The position numbers and the translations under genes are program-made. A stretch of DNA of 64,000 nucleotides, taken from the NCBI GenBank assembly GCA_951406725.2, contig OX597818.1:25420001-25484000 (forward strand), given 5' to 3'. The notes beneath the pieces are model-generated. The model was given only the letters and a program-made list of their open reading frames with translations. It was not told the DNA's origin and made no database searches. The stretch comes from Octopus vulgaris. Lineage: Eukaryota. This document shows, one piece after another, positions 27,402-40,938 of this stretch (positions within the stretch are counted from its first letter, which is position 1; each line of letters begins with the position of its first letter).

Positions 27402-28915
27402 ATATTATTACATTTGACGGATATTTGTCCTCATCTCGTTTGTTGTTAACACAATGTTTCAGCTGATATACCCTTCACCCTTCATCGGGTGTCTTGGGGA
27501 AATTTCGAACCTGAGTTCTCATTCCTAAGGTATTTTTCAATGTTATTATTATTATTATTATTCAGGTCACTGCTTGGAATCAAACTCGGAATCTTGGGGT
27601 TAATAGCCCATGTTCTTAACCACTACGCCATATGCCCCTGGACAATTATGGAGTGAATTTTAGGGCTTATAAATCTAATATTTTCCTATCCTTCCTTAAT
27701 ACCAATTCCCATATGCTACTCATATCTGCTTAGGAGGTTGTTGTGTCCTAGCATATGTACTGCTTCTTTTAGTTTTCGTATTTTCCACTGGAGTTCTCTG
27801 TCTATTATTTTAAATTCATACGACAGGGAGAGGTGATCTCCATTTTTCCATACATGATCAGCTATACCCAATTTATCAATATCTTCTCGTGTCACAGCTT
27901 TGTGATGTTCGTCTACCCTTATTTTGAGGGGGCAGCATGTTTCTTTGTATAACCTACTACAGCTGCATGGGATGGAGTACACACAGTCTTTGGTCATATT
28001 CTCTTCTATTGGTGGTTTTACTCAAAGGAGATATTTGCGAAGTGTTGTATTACTCTTGAATACTGTCTGGATGTCATATGGGCTGCATATCTTTTGTATC
28101 TTTTCGGAGAGATCTTACATATAAGGTAGACAGACTGTTGGCAGTTTATTGCTTTCATCTCTTTTCTTCATGATTAGAGTGGAAAGTATGTTTTGGGGGT
28201 AGTTGTTGCGTAATAGATTGTTACTCAGCTTGATCATTTCTTTGTGGTGTGTATCACGATTGCTACTTATATTCTTTGCGCGATGTTTTAGGCACTGAGC
28301 AATCACTCTCTTTACACTGTATGGATAGTGGGAATTGAAGTTTAGGTATTGTTCAGTGAAGGTCAGCTTGCGCCCCATCAAAATAAGGGCAGACGAACAT
28401 TGCAAAGCTGTAACACGAGGAGATATTGATAAATTGGGTATAGCTGATCTTGTATGGAAAAATGGAGCCCACCTCCCCCTGTGGGATGAAGTTAAAATAA
28501 TAGACAGAGAACACAACTGGAAAATATGAAAACTAAAAGAAGCAGCACATATGCTAGGATACAACAACCTCCTAAGCAGACCAAGTACAGATACGAGTAG
28601 CACATGGAAACTGGTATTAAGGAAAGATAGGAAAATATTAGATCTATAAGCCCTAAAAGAGTGCAGGCTACTAACCCCAAGTTTCCGAGTTCGATTCCAA
28701 GCAGTGACCTGAATAATAATAATAATAATAATGACATCAAAAAATACCTTAGGAATGAGAACCCAGGTTTGAAATTTCCCCAAGACACCTAATGAAGGCT
28801 GGTGGGTATATCTACCGAAATGTTGTGTTAACCACAAATAAGATAAGGACAAATATCCATCAAATGTAAATAGTGTACATAATTCCTCATCTCTTAGATA
28901 GAGAACTGTATCTTT
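27402..28915. mobile_element. Penelope-like retroelement: minus-strand RT end/GIY-YIG + pLTR, with inverted plus-strand pLTR
   Basis: YLNFNSHYPYSVKRVI...NNYP (RT C-terminal region) and CVYSIPCSC...KIRVDEH...IADHVW (GIY-YIG) on the minus strand; ~28370-28915 is an inverted copy of ~27402-27935. Confidence 0.88.
27448..27493 (-). ncRNA. Minimal type I hammerhead ribozyme in the Penelope pLTR (mutated); second copy 28784-28829 (+)
   Basis: GACAC-CCGATGA-stem II-GAAACATT-GTGTT and GACAC-CTAATGA-stem II-GAAATGTT-GTGTT; the consensus is CTGATGA...GAAACGTT with stem I GACAC/GTGTT. Confidence 0.7.
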
Positions 28916-31900
28916 CAATCAATCATCATATTAGCTAAACTACATTGACATCATCTTTACATAATCATGTGTTAGATTGTGAAATTATTTTGAACTCTCC
29001 GCACAAGTGCATACTTTTTGTCATATATTTTGATTTGACTTGATTGCATCATAAAATCACTTCCATGATGAAAGTAATGATGATGCTTCAATTTGATCAC
29101 TTTAAAGGAAACTACTTATAGTTTACTTTCAACAATTAAATTGAGTTTAACTGTTGATGGTTAACCAATTATTTCTCATATGCATAACCTTATATCTGAA
29201 AATTTCACTTTGTTTAAAATATAAACATCATCATTATTATTATCATTAAGATGATGAGCTGGCAGAATCATTAGCACGCCAGGCAAAATGCTTAGTGGTA
29301 TTTCATGTCCTTACATTCCGAGTTCAAATTCCACTGAGGTCAACTTTACCTTTCATTCTTTTGGGGGTCAATAAAATAAGTATCAGTTGAGCACTAGGGT
29401 TGATGTAATCAACTTAGCCCCTCCCCTGAAATTACTGCCCTTGTGCCACCATTCTTATTATTAGCTAATTGCTTGCAAAATATATAGAAATGTAAGCAAG
29501 CTATGTTGAGTAAAATGCATTATAAGAAAATCTTGTTATGAGACAAAATATTCTTGTCCAGTTTTTTAGTTGTTTGAGTGTAAAATCTATTAAAAGAAGA
29601 TTGGTTGCTATCATTCCATTGCTGTATGCTGCTCAATTTGAATAATTTACAGAATTTCATTGTTTAAAGTTTTAGCAACACAAGCACCTCTTTTCAAGGG
29701 ACTTATTTTTAGAATTTTTTCACATACTTATTTACAATTGAGAAATTACTTACAGCACAACATAAGTTTTTCTATATTAGTTTCACATCCACACTCATCC
29801 ACTCTACAAAATGTATAAGTACACCTCCAGAAGAGTCACTCAAAGCGGTTATACACAAAGTAAATATGCATGGAGGGAAAACAGTTCAATTAAAACATAT
29901 ATTCAAGGGATGACTTTTCTGTATAGCATTCATATGCTTTTTATGAGATTTTATTGTGGTAGCCAAGTACTACACTCTCTCAAAAAGTGAACACCTGATA
30001 ATTTTTCCTTCTCTTAAAGAATTTACTGCCACTGTGTGAAATTCTGCAAGTAACTACAACTTTTCTACTCTTGTTACTTTCTATTCTCAAAATTACAATC
30101 TGTGGGATCAGGAAGAACAAAGTATTTTTATATAATGGTGTGGGAATAAAACATTTTTGTAGAGCGTACATTCTATTTTTTTTTTTTGCATGTGCCCCAC
30201 CTCTGTATGAACGCATGTCATTTGAATTACTTTAGCTAAATGTATATTTAGTTAACAGATGTGTTCAATTACTTTTGGGAATAATTAACAGTGTGCATTT
30301 GACATGTGTGCTGTAATAGATCATGGTTGCATTGCAAATTTAGTCATGTAGTTCTTTAACAGAGGATAGGCTACTGTGGTTTAACAATTACTTTTTCCAG
30401 GTTCATAGATTTGAAGAAGCCACTGCAAGTAGTGACACCTTAACTCAGAGCAGAGAACTATATGTTTTATAGTACTAATTTTGAACATGTGAGACAACCA
30501 AAAATAATAGTGTGGTAGGAGACAATCTGTTGACCTTTTGCCAGCAAACCAGATATTCTCTTCTTTCTATTTAGCAACTTTCTACATTTGAGGAATGATT
30601 TGTAATTTTTTTCTAATTGTTAGCATTTAATAATGAAGAATTTGGTTGTTTTTTAAATAAATCAATTCAATTTTGTAAAATTGTAGGGCTGTTTTGACCT
30701 CTATTTAAATTGAATGAAATATTTTGATTTACATGTGATCACAAGTTAATTATTTAATTAATGCATGTAGCTGTCTTATAGGGTTGATCTGATTATGATT
30801 TCAAACTTGTATCTTGATTCTCACTCGAAATGTGCTGTGTGGAATACAAGTAAATAGTTAAACAAATAGAAAACACCTCCATTTATTTTTTTAAAGATAC
30901 AATAGGAGTATAACTATAATATAAAGTGACGAATTTAGAAATAAGTAGTGATGTACTAAATGTCATAATCGAAATATTCTCATTTGAAATCTGTTTTTAG
31001 TTGGGGGCGGAGGGATACTAATAATTGTTACTTACTCTTAAAGAAGAGGGGAGATAACTTCCTAAAATTTCATGCCTGGTTAAAAAAAAATCTGCTCTTT
31101 GCATGCAAGTGGGACGTCTTTATACCAGCATGTGTTGAATTTTAAAATTATCTCGAGTCACAGCACAATTAAAATGCGTATATTTTGTGTACAGTCTTTT
31201 AATTTGATTGAAACGCAAAATCATTTTCTTGTTGCATAATGAAAGTAGTGATAATACTACAGCCAGTCACTCGTTATTTTAGAGGAGCCCACTTTTAATT
31301 TCAACGATTAAACTGAATTTAATTGTTAATAGTTAATCTATTCTCTTCCGTATGTAGTTTTCATATCTGAACGTAACACTTTTTTTCTAATTATCATTTA
31401 TCTGATTGTTTACAAGATACATGTAGAAATATATGCAAACTGTTTTTGGTTCCTAACATAGTATAGTCTAATCATAATCAGGCTTGCTTTGCTCAGCTGA
31501 CATTATATATACACACACATATCGTGTGTATGTATTTGCCTGCAGAAATCTGACTTCTCTTAAGCATGTCACCGATTATTTATTTCCTCAATTATCTCCC
31601 TTTTTCTTTGAGAGTACTTAAATGTTTTTTTTTTATGGGAGGAGGGGTTTCCTCCCAGCTAGAGAATTTCAGTTGAGGACTTTTTAACAGACATTTAAAT
31701 GAAACACACATGCATGTGTAAACAGAATGAACTGAAAATCAAAGTACACATTACAAATAAACTACTTTGTTTTTTCTCTCGGCAGTATATTTCAGTCTGC
31801 GAGATAAAAGGCATATAAAAATACATAATTTATCCTCTTCGTTAGCTTGCCATTGGAAGCAATGTTTCAAGCATTTTGAATAATTTACTCCATGAGTTAG

Positions 31901-34900
31901 TGAAAAAATTCTTTAATGGTAAAAAGCAATTGATAAGATAGCTGTGGTCAATTTAATTGATTATACCTTCCTGCCAAACGTGTGGCCTTATATCAGGGTT
32001 AGAAATTTATTATTAAAAGGTATATATTAGATTCCTTTCAAATTTGAAACTTAAATCTGAATATACTTTTTCTTTGAAAAATTACTTTTTTCAAATTTAT
32101 TTCAACCTGTAGGTTAAATAACTAGCATAAAATGTCTCAACATTTTTTGACATCCTTAAATCAAAACTACAGAATTTATTACTATAATTATTCTTTATTC
32201 AAACAGACCCTAAACTGTTAAGTAGATACTCAGTTAATTCCTTAGATGCAGACACTGCCAGATCATGAACTTTATAGTTTGATACTTAGCACCTGTTGTT
32301 TTTATATTAAATTACTTTAACAAAAAAAAAAATCCAGTCATTATGTAAAATAGCAATTTAACTGTCTCACTCACATTTAATTTGTATAAAAAGCAAAAAA
32401 ATCAAGCTATTTTGCTGTTCCTATGTCTCAGCTTGTTGAGCCACTGTAGTCCTATCTCTGGTATAAAAAGTTGAATTGGTGCATGCTAACTAGTCTTTAT
32501 ACTAAACAATCAAAGCAAGCAGGATATCACGCACACACACCTTTTAATATACAATTTCTTGATTTATTGCCCTGATCTCTTCCCATCTCCGACATGTTTT
32601 ATTTAAAGGAAGCTGTTATATAACTATATTGAACTGAATAGATGAACATAAATAAAATTTAAATGACAAACAATGTCTTTGTAGAAAACAGTTTGACTGA
32701 AATAAATTCTGGGCTTAGTTTCCAACAGAAAATGTTTCTGTTGGTGTATAATGTCATGTAAATAAAATGTAAGTCTGATTTGTGTCTGTCTTTCTATTTC
32801 CTTTATATTGATCCATGTTCAACATGGTTAACATATTTGCAAATCTTTCTACATGAGAGAACTAACATAATAATGTACCCAACACAATTTTGTGGCTTGT
32901 TTCTTATATGCAAGTGTGTTATAACTAAAATACATCTTTTACTATTTCCAACCTTTTTTCTGATACAGAATTCCAATTTGTTTTCTCAAATATATATATA
33001 TATATAATACTGACAAGGTTAATTAGTGGTTTAGGAACTTAATTTTACTCTTGTCATAAGTTAATTATGTTGCACAAAGATGTAATTAAGAAGCTTACAG
33101 AACATTGATTCAGGGTCTGTAGTCATTTATTCCAATTACCTAAGCATTATCATTGTTATATTGTTTAAATTTAATTTACAATTCGTTTCTTTTTTTGCAC
33201 TGAAAAAGATAAAATTCAGTCACAAAATAAAAAGTAAATTAATACTGAACTTAAGCTTAATACCTATTCATAATATTGAAAGTGTATCATTTGTGTGTAC
33301 ATTGCTCAGTGGTAAGTTCTCAGATTGAATTAACGACCCGATTGGAACCACCTCATTTATTTGGATGATGGTTCCTAACTCTCAAATATATTTCAGTGAC
33401 AATTTCCCTCCTGGGGTGTTATGCTTATAAAGAAAACCATTATGTATTGTTTTTTTACATACAAACCTGCTGACAAGACATCAGCTAATTGTATTCCTAG
33501 TAGACAAATTGTAGTGCTTTTTAAAGGAGTAATGTTTTTAGAAGCAAGTGGTATATGTATACCTTTTAGTAAACATAATTCCAGTCGCAACTTAATTCTA
33601 TACAAGCTACAAATGTCAGGTTTTTAAATTAGGCAAACATTCAGTTGGAATGTTCTCAGATGACATTGTGATCTAATTGGTTATTTAACTGCTTTTAGAA
33701 AAATTTTTTAAAACTGATATTAACCTGCATGAGACTACCCTTGGTTCTATAATACAAACTTCTAGTTTTAAAGTGATCTAAATTAAAACTTCCATTTCAT
33801 TCTATGTTCTTAAGAAAAAAAATATCCCAAGAAATTAAATAGTGAGATATCCAATACACAATCCTCAAACAGTAAGTGCATGAGAAGGCTGGACTCTTGA
33901 ATTAGAAGTACAATTCATCAAACAGATTTTCGGTTTTTGCCTACCCATCTTTACAAAGCTTAGGTCAACTTTAAGCTCTGGTAAAAGATGTCCAAAATGC
34001 CACAGCAAGATCAAATCTTCACTTGTAATTACAATCATCCATACTAATAGTTGTTGGAAAAATAACTATATTTAGACACCATGGGCAAAGTACTCAAAAT
34101 CTTCAACATTTCCTTGTGGACAGACTAAATAGCTCATTTCAATTAATAGTGAAACTTTTCCCAAGTTTCGTCTCTAATCATTGTGAAATGCCATATGCAT
34201 AGCTTTAATGGGTAAATAAGAACACTGGATCTCTGCATAAAGTAAATCCAAATTCAATTAAGTCTCTCAATCATGAACAGAAATTAAACCAACCAAAATA
34301 TAAACACCCCTCCAATGTTTCCAATGAGTTTAATTTCAATCCCTAACATTTGTATTTGTAAATAATAGAAAGCAACACTAGCTTATTGTTTAGTTTATAT
34401 ATACTTATCCCTGCTTATGAAATCACACCCTTTGCTATATATCCTTATCTGAAACCTGAGAGTAAATCCTAACCCATTATTTAAAAGCTTTTATCAGGAT
34501 TTATAATCTGTTGATACATTTTAATGCTGCTAATAATCCATCAACTACTGTCTTACATATTCCAGCACATTGACCCACAGCGCTGATTACGACTTCGAGC
34601 AGATGACTTATGAAATCTTCAATACTTGCACAATGACTACACATATGTAACAAGAAACAACCAATCTCAGAAAATTATTATGACCATATTTCTAATATTT
34701 ATGCAGGCTCATGATGCAGATTGCAAAGAATACATGAATAGAACATGTAGTGTGTGTAATATATATATTTGATATCAATAATGTTCCATACTAAATCTCT
34801 GCTCTAAAAAGAAACTACACACACCCTTGAAACAACCTAATTCAGATAGACTTCCCTTTATTTTTCTTTTGTATACACTTCATCTCATTTATAAAAATAA

Positions 34901-36437
34901 TTCTAATTTGCAGTATAAACACACCTTTCATAAAACAAAAGAACTGAGTCAATTTTTGAATCAGTATATCAACACAAAATCTATTTTAATGAGCCTAGAA
35001 TATCTCAATTACTGAAAATCATATCAATAAATCCAGTGTTAATTTCGTATTTGTAACTTTTTTTTATTTCAATACTAACAATAACGTTTGTAGAAAATGT
35101 AACTGCATATCATGCAAATTAAACAGACATGTCTAATTTGAAAACATTGCAGTTCCAACAATTTTCTACCACCAAGGTATTTCATGTGATGATACACACA
35201 GACAAATACTTTAAAAATTTAACATTTAGTTAAGTTTATTTTAAATCGTAAAGATTTGAATGTGGACAGTACATTTTTTTGAGTTGCAACTTAAGCTGAT
35301 TGATTTACTTTGTACATCATCAAGCCCTTTTTAAATTTCTATATTTTTCAGTACTAATTAAATAAAAATAGCAACCAATGATATTGGAAGTTATCACAGG
35401 AAGAAAAATTCTAGATTTTTTAAAATTATTATATCGAATGAAGAGGAGAAAAACAATCAGGATATAATTTCGTGGCCCTTACAAATTTTAGGTTTACTAA
35501 ATAAAAGGGTATAATCTATGCAGTGGACTTAAATAGTGAGGTAAGATCAATGGGAATTTTCATTAATATGGGTTTATAAGTTCCCTTGCTTGGTGGAGGC
35601 CATTCCAGGATAGTGGTCCCAGAGACATGTGTAGAGCCAGCCAGGTCCATCAGTGCTTTCCATTGCTAGTAGTCCTGTGCCAGCCCCTCTGCATCCTGGA
35701 AAATCTTGGTGAAACTTCAAATTTTATATGAAAATATTAACGCAATACGCTATTTAGTACTAGTGTTTTATAACTGGCCTACCTATTCACCCTAATATGG
35801 TCTTGTTTTAAGCCTCTGTGGCATATGCCTCCCACACACCATAGCAATACAACTAAGTTGGTCTATCACTGACTATCAAAACATTTGAAAAAAATGGCCA
35901 AGCAACGCTACCACAAACTTTGAATGTAAAGTAATGCTGTGCATTATTTTATGTTGGAAATAAGATACTGTACAAATACGCATTGATTAAGCCAGGGGAC
36001 AGTACTGTTACTACTACAGTCCCTTAAGATTTGGTTTCACATTAAGTTTTCTTCCATAATGTTTCATAGAGCAATAGTTGCCTGAATTTCATCAGAATTA
36101 TTCATGTTCAAGCAATTCTTTTTAGAATCACCAATAAGTTATTTGACTAAATCGTCTGAATTCTTCATTCCCATAATCAATTATAGGCAAAAAGGAGTAT
36201 TGTATTAAAAACATGGTCCTGAAAATTACCATAAAATTAGCCAGAAGAATTTAGCACTAAGAATTCTAAAGAACCTATTACCAAGCAGTTGGAGAAAATA
36301 GTTTAGATTCTCAAGACAGACACTCTAAGTGTTACTCCAACTGCATAAAATGCTGTGACCAAGAAAAGCACACCTCGTCATAAAGATACATTTGCACAAT
36401 AAATAAAAACAAAACAATGGATAATTGTCAGTGGAGC

Positions 36438-36443
36438 TTTAAT
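36438..36443 (-). terminator. RPS14 polyadenylation signal (ATTAAA)
   Basis: ATTAAA just after the stop codon, with a downstream U/GU-rich tract (TTGTTTTGTTTTTATTTATTGTG). Confidence 0.65.
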
Positions 36444-36450
36444 TAAACAT

Positions 36451-36606
<156 letters not shown>

Positions 36607-36952
36607 TTAATTCCTCACAGAACTAGGGACAAACCACCTTTAATTAATTTCAAAATACATTTGCAATGTGTAAGGTGGAATTCATCTCAGTATACTCCTG
36701 GCAGTTATTCATTCAATGAAATGAAAATCTATGTTAAGGAACAATGAAAATCTACGACAGATTAACTTTTCTATTGACTCTGAACAAAGACCTGTTTACA
36801 ACTTATTTTAGCAAAGTATCCAAATTAGATTGATTATTATTACCTCTAAAATAGTTTCCAACAGAAAGACTGTAAATAAACTGCCATGGACAATATTTAA
36901 TCTTTTCCAATTATAAATTGAGAAATTAACAAAATATACAAATACTACTTAC

Positions 36953-37029
36953 CAATACGTCCTATCTTCATACCAGAACGAGCCAAAGCTCGGAGAGCTG
37001 ACTGAGCTCCAGGGCCTGGAGTCTTAGTT
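36953..37029 (-). CDS. RPS14: RPS14 coding exon 3
   Basis: [25 protein letters not shown]; AG/GT boundaries; 77 nt. Confidence 0.98.
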
Positions 37030-38037
37030 CTGAAATAATTATGAGAATGCAATTTGTTACAATGAATCACACCATCTTGAAAATGTTTACAACACAATTT
37101 AATAACATCAAACTTGATCTAACATTGTTATGCATGTGTTGGCTTAAGATCTGTCACACATGGCATAAATTCCCAATGGTAAATTAATGCATAGTTTTCA
37201 AACATACATTGTCTTTGAAGTAGATAATCCTTTTACCACTAAAATCAATTTCTACTATATTGTATACATTTTATATCACTCCTTTTGATTACACGTGTGT
37301 GTGTGTGTATATATATAAAATAACTTAAAATTCAATATTGCATTAAAAGTATTTACACCAGATACCACTGAAAATAGTTATTCCCTCTCTAGCTTCACAT
37401 ATAGCCTGCTATTCATGACATGTCAAAAAGCATAGATTCTATCTACTAGTTAGAACAGCAAGCTTACATAGTGAACAGTCAGAGATAGCGAATTTATTTG
37501 CAAGATAGCATTCGTGAATTTAAGTTAATTAGTGGAGAAAGCATCAAGACAAACAACTATGCAAGAATAATAATTCTAACCATTACATTCAGTACTCTAG
37601 AACCAATATTAATATAAGCAATTGCAATATATCAAGTAATCATTTGTTTGAGTACTGAACTATCTACCTGCTTATGAAACTGACAGTCTAAGTGACTGGG
37701 TATTCTAAATGCAACTCACAAGCAGAATTAGCATGATAGTGAGCCACGACAGCCTTTGAACAAATGCAATTCAACCATTGCCAAACTGTTTTCAGTTAAC
37801 CATTTCCGCTCACAAGGGTTGGGTCAACTCCAATCTCTGTGAAACCTGACCAAAAGCTGCACATTGGAATTGAACCCCAAGACTTCTTGAACCAAACAAT
37901 TTTTTTTATCATACATAGACACACACAACTAAACAATTTTCTTTTCCTTCAATTTAATGCTGTTTAGGCTGCAAATCTGCATCCTTTACAATACATAAAA
38001 AAATTCCACAAGGAAACAATCCGTATGATCTACTCAC

Positions 38038-38199
38038 TTGTTGCCTCCAGTAGCTCTAAGGCGAATATGAAGAGCTGTAATTCCAACTGTTTTGCACCTT
38101 TCTGCTACTTCTTGTGCAGCCAACATTGCAGCGTAAGGGGAAGCTTCATCTCGATCAGCCTTGACCTTCATTCCACCCGTCACACGAGCTATAGTTTCT
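38038..38199 (-). CDS. RPS14: RPS14 coding exon 2
   Basis: [53 protein letters not shown]; 162 nt. Confidence 0.98.
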
Positions 38200-38869
38200 C
38201 TGAAAAATATGAAAATGTACTGTAGGAACTATTTCAATAACAAGGCAGCATCAAACTCCAGTTTGTGACTGGAACAATGAAGTCAAACGAAATATACAAC
38301 AATGAAGATGATGTTCCAGATAGCACAGAAAAAATAAACTGATTTTTCTACATTTGTACTTTTGTTTAACATGAGAATCAAATGAATTTACACTCACATG
38401 GGGAATGCAAAGTGAATATTTTGCGACTTTTTGAGAATAAGATCATAAATTTTCATAGTTTTTTTTACTTATTTAAAAATAAGCATGAAAATTATTTGTA
38501 AGAAAGATAATTCTGATAATGCAACCACTTTCCTATCTAAGGGTTAATTTACCAACAAAATAAAAAACATGCTCAAGAATTTTATGTAATAGGCACTAGT
38601 TAAGATCCAGCAATCACTGTAAATCAATAGATAAATTCTGAGATATCAATGTACCACAATGCAAATAAATAGCTGCATCTGAGATTTCTTGTCAAGCCAC
38701 AAAATATCTCAAAGAATTATTTTATGACAAAATCTTATACTGTAAACTCAGAATAGACTATTTGGGAGTGTAGTAACAGAAAATTTTGCAAGCTTCTACC
38801 TACTAAGAATATGTGCAATGCAATTGAGTTGGAACAACACATTATTAGTTCGTTCATCATTGACAACAA

Positions 38870-40010
38870 TCAAGAACATCACAGAAGACAATGGGGCTCA
38901 GTGTGTTCGGCTGTGACTGATCCGTTTGATGCATGCTCAGAAGGCTCTGCAGGTCAGGAACTGTTGGTGTAGCTTCACCAGACAAGTTGGGTTTTTGCTC
39001 TTGATTCCAAAACTTATTCAGTGAAACCATGAATGTATGTTTTAAAGTGCCTTTTCTGTCCACCTTGCATGCACTTGCCTCCTGCCAGTTCACTGCAAAA
39101 GTCTTTTGGGGAGCTTCATTTCAGGCATTCAAACAAAGTGGCCAGTCCACTTGACTTTCGCTCTCCTCAGTAGAGTGTAAATATTTGGTATATCAACTCG
39201 AGAGAGGACCTCCACGCCTAGGACTTTTTCAACAGCTTTCTCAGGCAGTTTAGCTTTTTGACAGGATGTTTGTGGACCATCCAAGTCTTGCAAGCATACA
39301 TTTGCACAGACAGTACAACTACTTGGTACACAATCAACATGGTAGCTAGCCTAATGCCTCTCTTCTCTCACAATGATTCATGTAGCCACCCGAATGCTAA
39401 GTTTCCCATGGCAATGTGCATGTTGACTTCATTGTCAATGTTCACAGATCTGGAAAGTGTGCTGCCAAGGCACATGTACATAACCTTTCGGGTTCCCCTT
39501 GAACAGTGACTGTTGGCTCCATATATAACGTCTGAGTACTGATTGTGAGGCCAAAATTACTGCAGGCTGTGTAGTGTTGGAGAGAGCTGTGGGACAGTCA
39601 ACATGATCTTTATTCTGCACCAATTTCAGAAGGCCTCTGAGACCAGCTGTGAGGGCATTTGGAAGATCATGTTAAAAGTTCAGCAGCTTGATGAATTCAT
39701 TAGCATGGTGTGACAGTTCCATGATGGCATGCCCACTTGAGTATTGGGCAGTGGTGATTCTCCCAATGTGTTCCCAGTCACTAACAAAGTCAAGCAGGAC
39801 TGTGTATTCACAACTATGCTGTTTTCAGTGTTATTCGATGTTTTCTGCAGTAGCAAAACCACATCAAGATCACATTCAGGACGTGTAGCACTCGAGACAG
39901 GAGGCTACAAGCAAACACCAAAGTGGGAGAGAATTCTGTGCATGACTCTGCAGATGACTGCGCACTCAACATCACTACAGAGGCCCAAATGCAGCAGAGC
40001 GTTTTGATAA
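38870..40010. mobile_element. Old RTE/BovB-like LINE with 5' inversion
   Basis: Plus part FPVTNKVKQDCV...SADDCAL; minus part YL-GSTLSR...KWTGHFV-type C-terminal motifs. Confidence 0.7.
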
Positions 40011-40894
40011 CAGCAACTATTTTATATTTGTGCATTTTGTAAAATGTAAATTCAAGTTACATAATCCCTCTATATTTTTCTATATCCCAACTGTACTCTG
40101 ACCAACTCAACACAATTGTTGGCTAATATTGCAAGTTATGTCCCTTGCAGAAGTCATTCTAACATGCAACTTTAGTTACACAGACCTGGTTTCCTTCCTC
40201 TTCATTGACATACTTCATCTTGTTGCCAACTCATTTTTTCTAGGCATTTTTTATATGCCACTGGTTTACAAGAAAAACTATTGCTCAAGTGGTGTCAATG
40301 TGAAGACAATTTCTGTCCACAAAGTTTTGATGGACTGCAGGAAGCTATGAAAATTAGTTTGTTTCTATGACTTCATGCAAAAAAACTTATGAGTGATTTG
40401 CCTAAGTGCTACACAATGAAATCTAACTCAAACCACATGGTTTTGAAGTGAACTTGTCTCTTGGATTTTCTGTTACATGGACATTTATATAACACTACTC
40501 TGTAATTAATTATGGTGGACTGCTGAGTTCATAAGAGATTACCATGATAGCCACAGAATTCTGTGAATCAATCTCAAATCAGTGTATGTGTAATAAGAAG
40601 CTTACTTCCCAACCTCATGGTTCCAGACTCAGTCCCACTGCATGGCACATTGGACGAATGTCTTCTACCATAGACTTGTAAGTGGATTTGGTAGACAGAA
40701 ACTGGAAGAAGCCAGTTGTATATATGTATATATATATATATATATCTGTCTTTGTCTCATTAATACTTGACAACTGGTGTTAGTGTGTTTACATCCCTGT
40801 AACTTAGTGGCTCAGCAGGCTTCAAAAAAAGTTCTGGGGTCGATTCCACCCTTCAAGGTGATGCCAATATGGCCATAGTCAAATACTTAATCAT

Positions 40895-40938
<44 letters not shown>

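Noticed and set aside
27563-27638. tRNA gene
   Set aside because: Poor cloverleaf and embedded in a Penelope repeat; treated as a tRNA-derived module. SINE heads at 6473 and 56505 are likewise not tRNA genes.
28115-28918. 267-aa ORF as a gene
   Set aside because: Chimera of antisense pLTR sequence and a Penelope RT fragment across the inversion junction.
37123-37240. Two hairpins plus ACA in RPS14 intron 3 (H/ACA snoRNA?)
   Set aside because: No ANANNA hinge and no proper pocket in the 3' hairpin.
37478-37548. CTGA preceded by TTCGCTATC (9-nt 28S complement)
   Set aside because: No convincing C box or terminal stem; a 9-nt match can arise by chance.
38269-38319. 8-bp terminal stem with TGA motifs
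   Set aside because: The box-like motifs are on the strand antisense to RPS14 and non-canonical.
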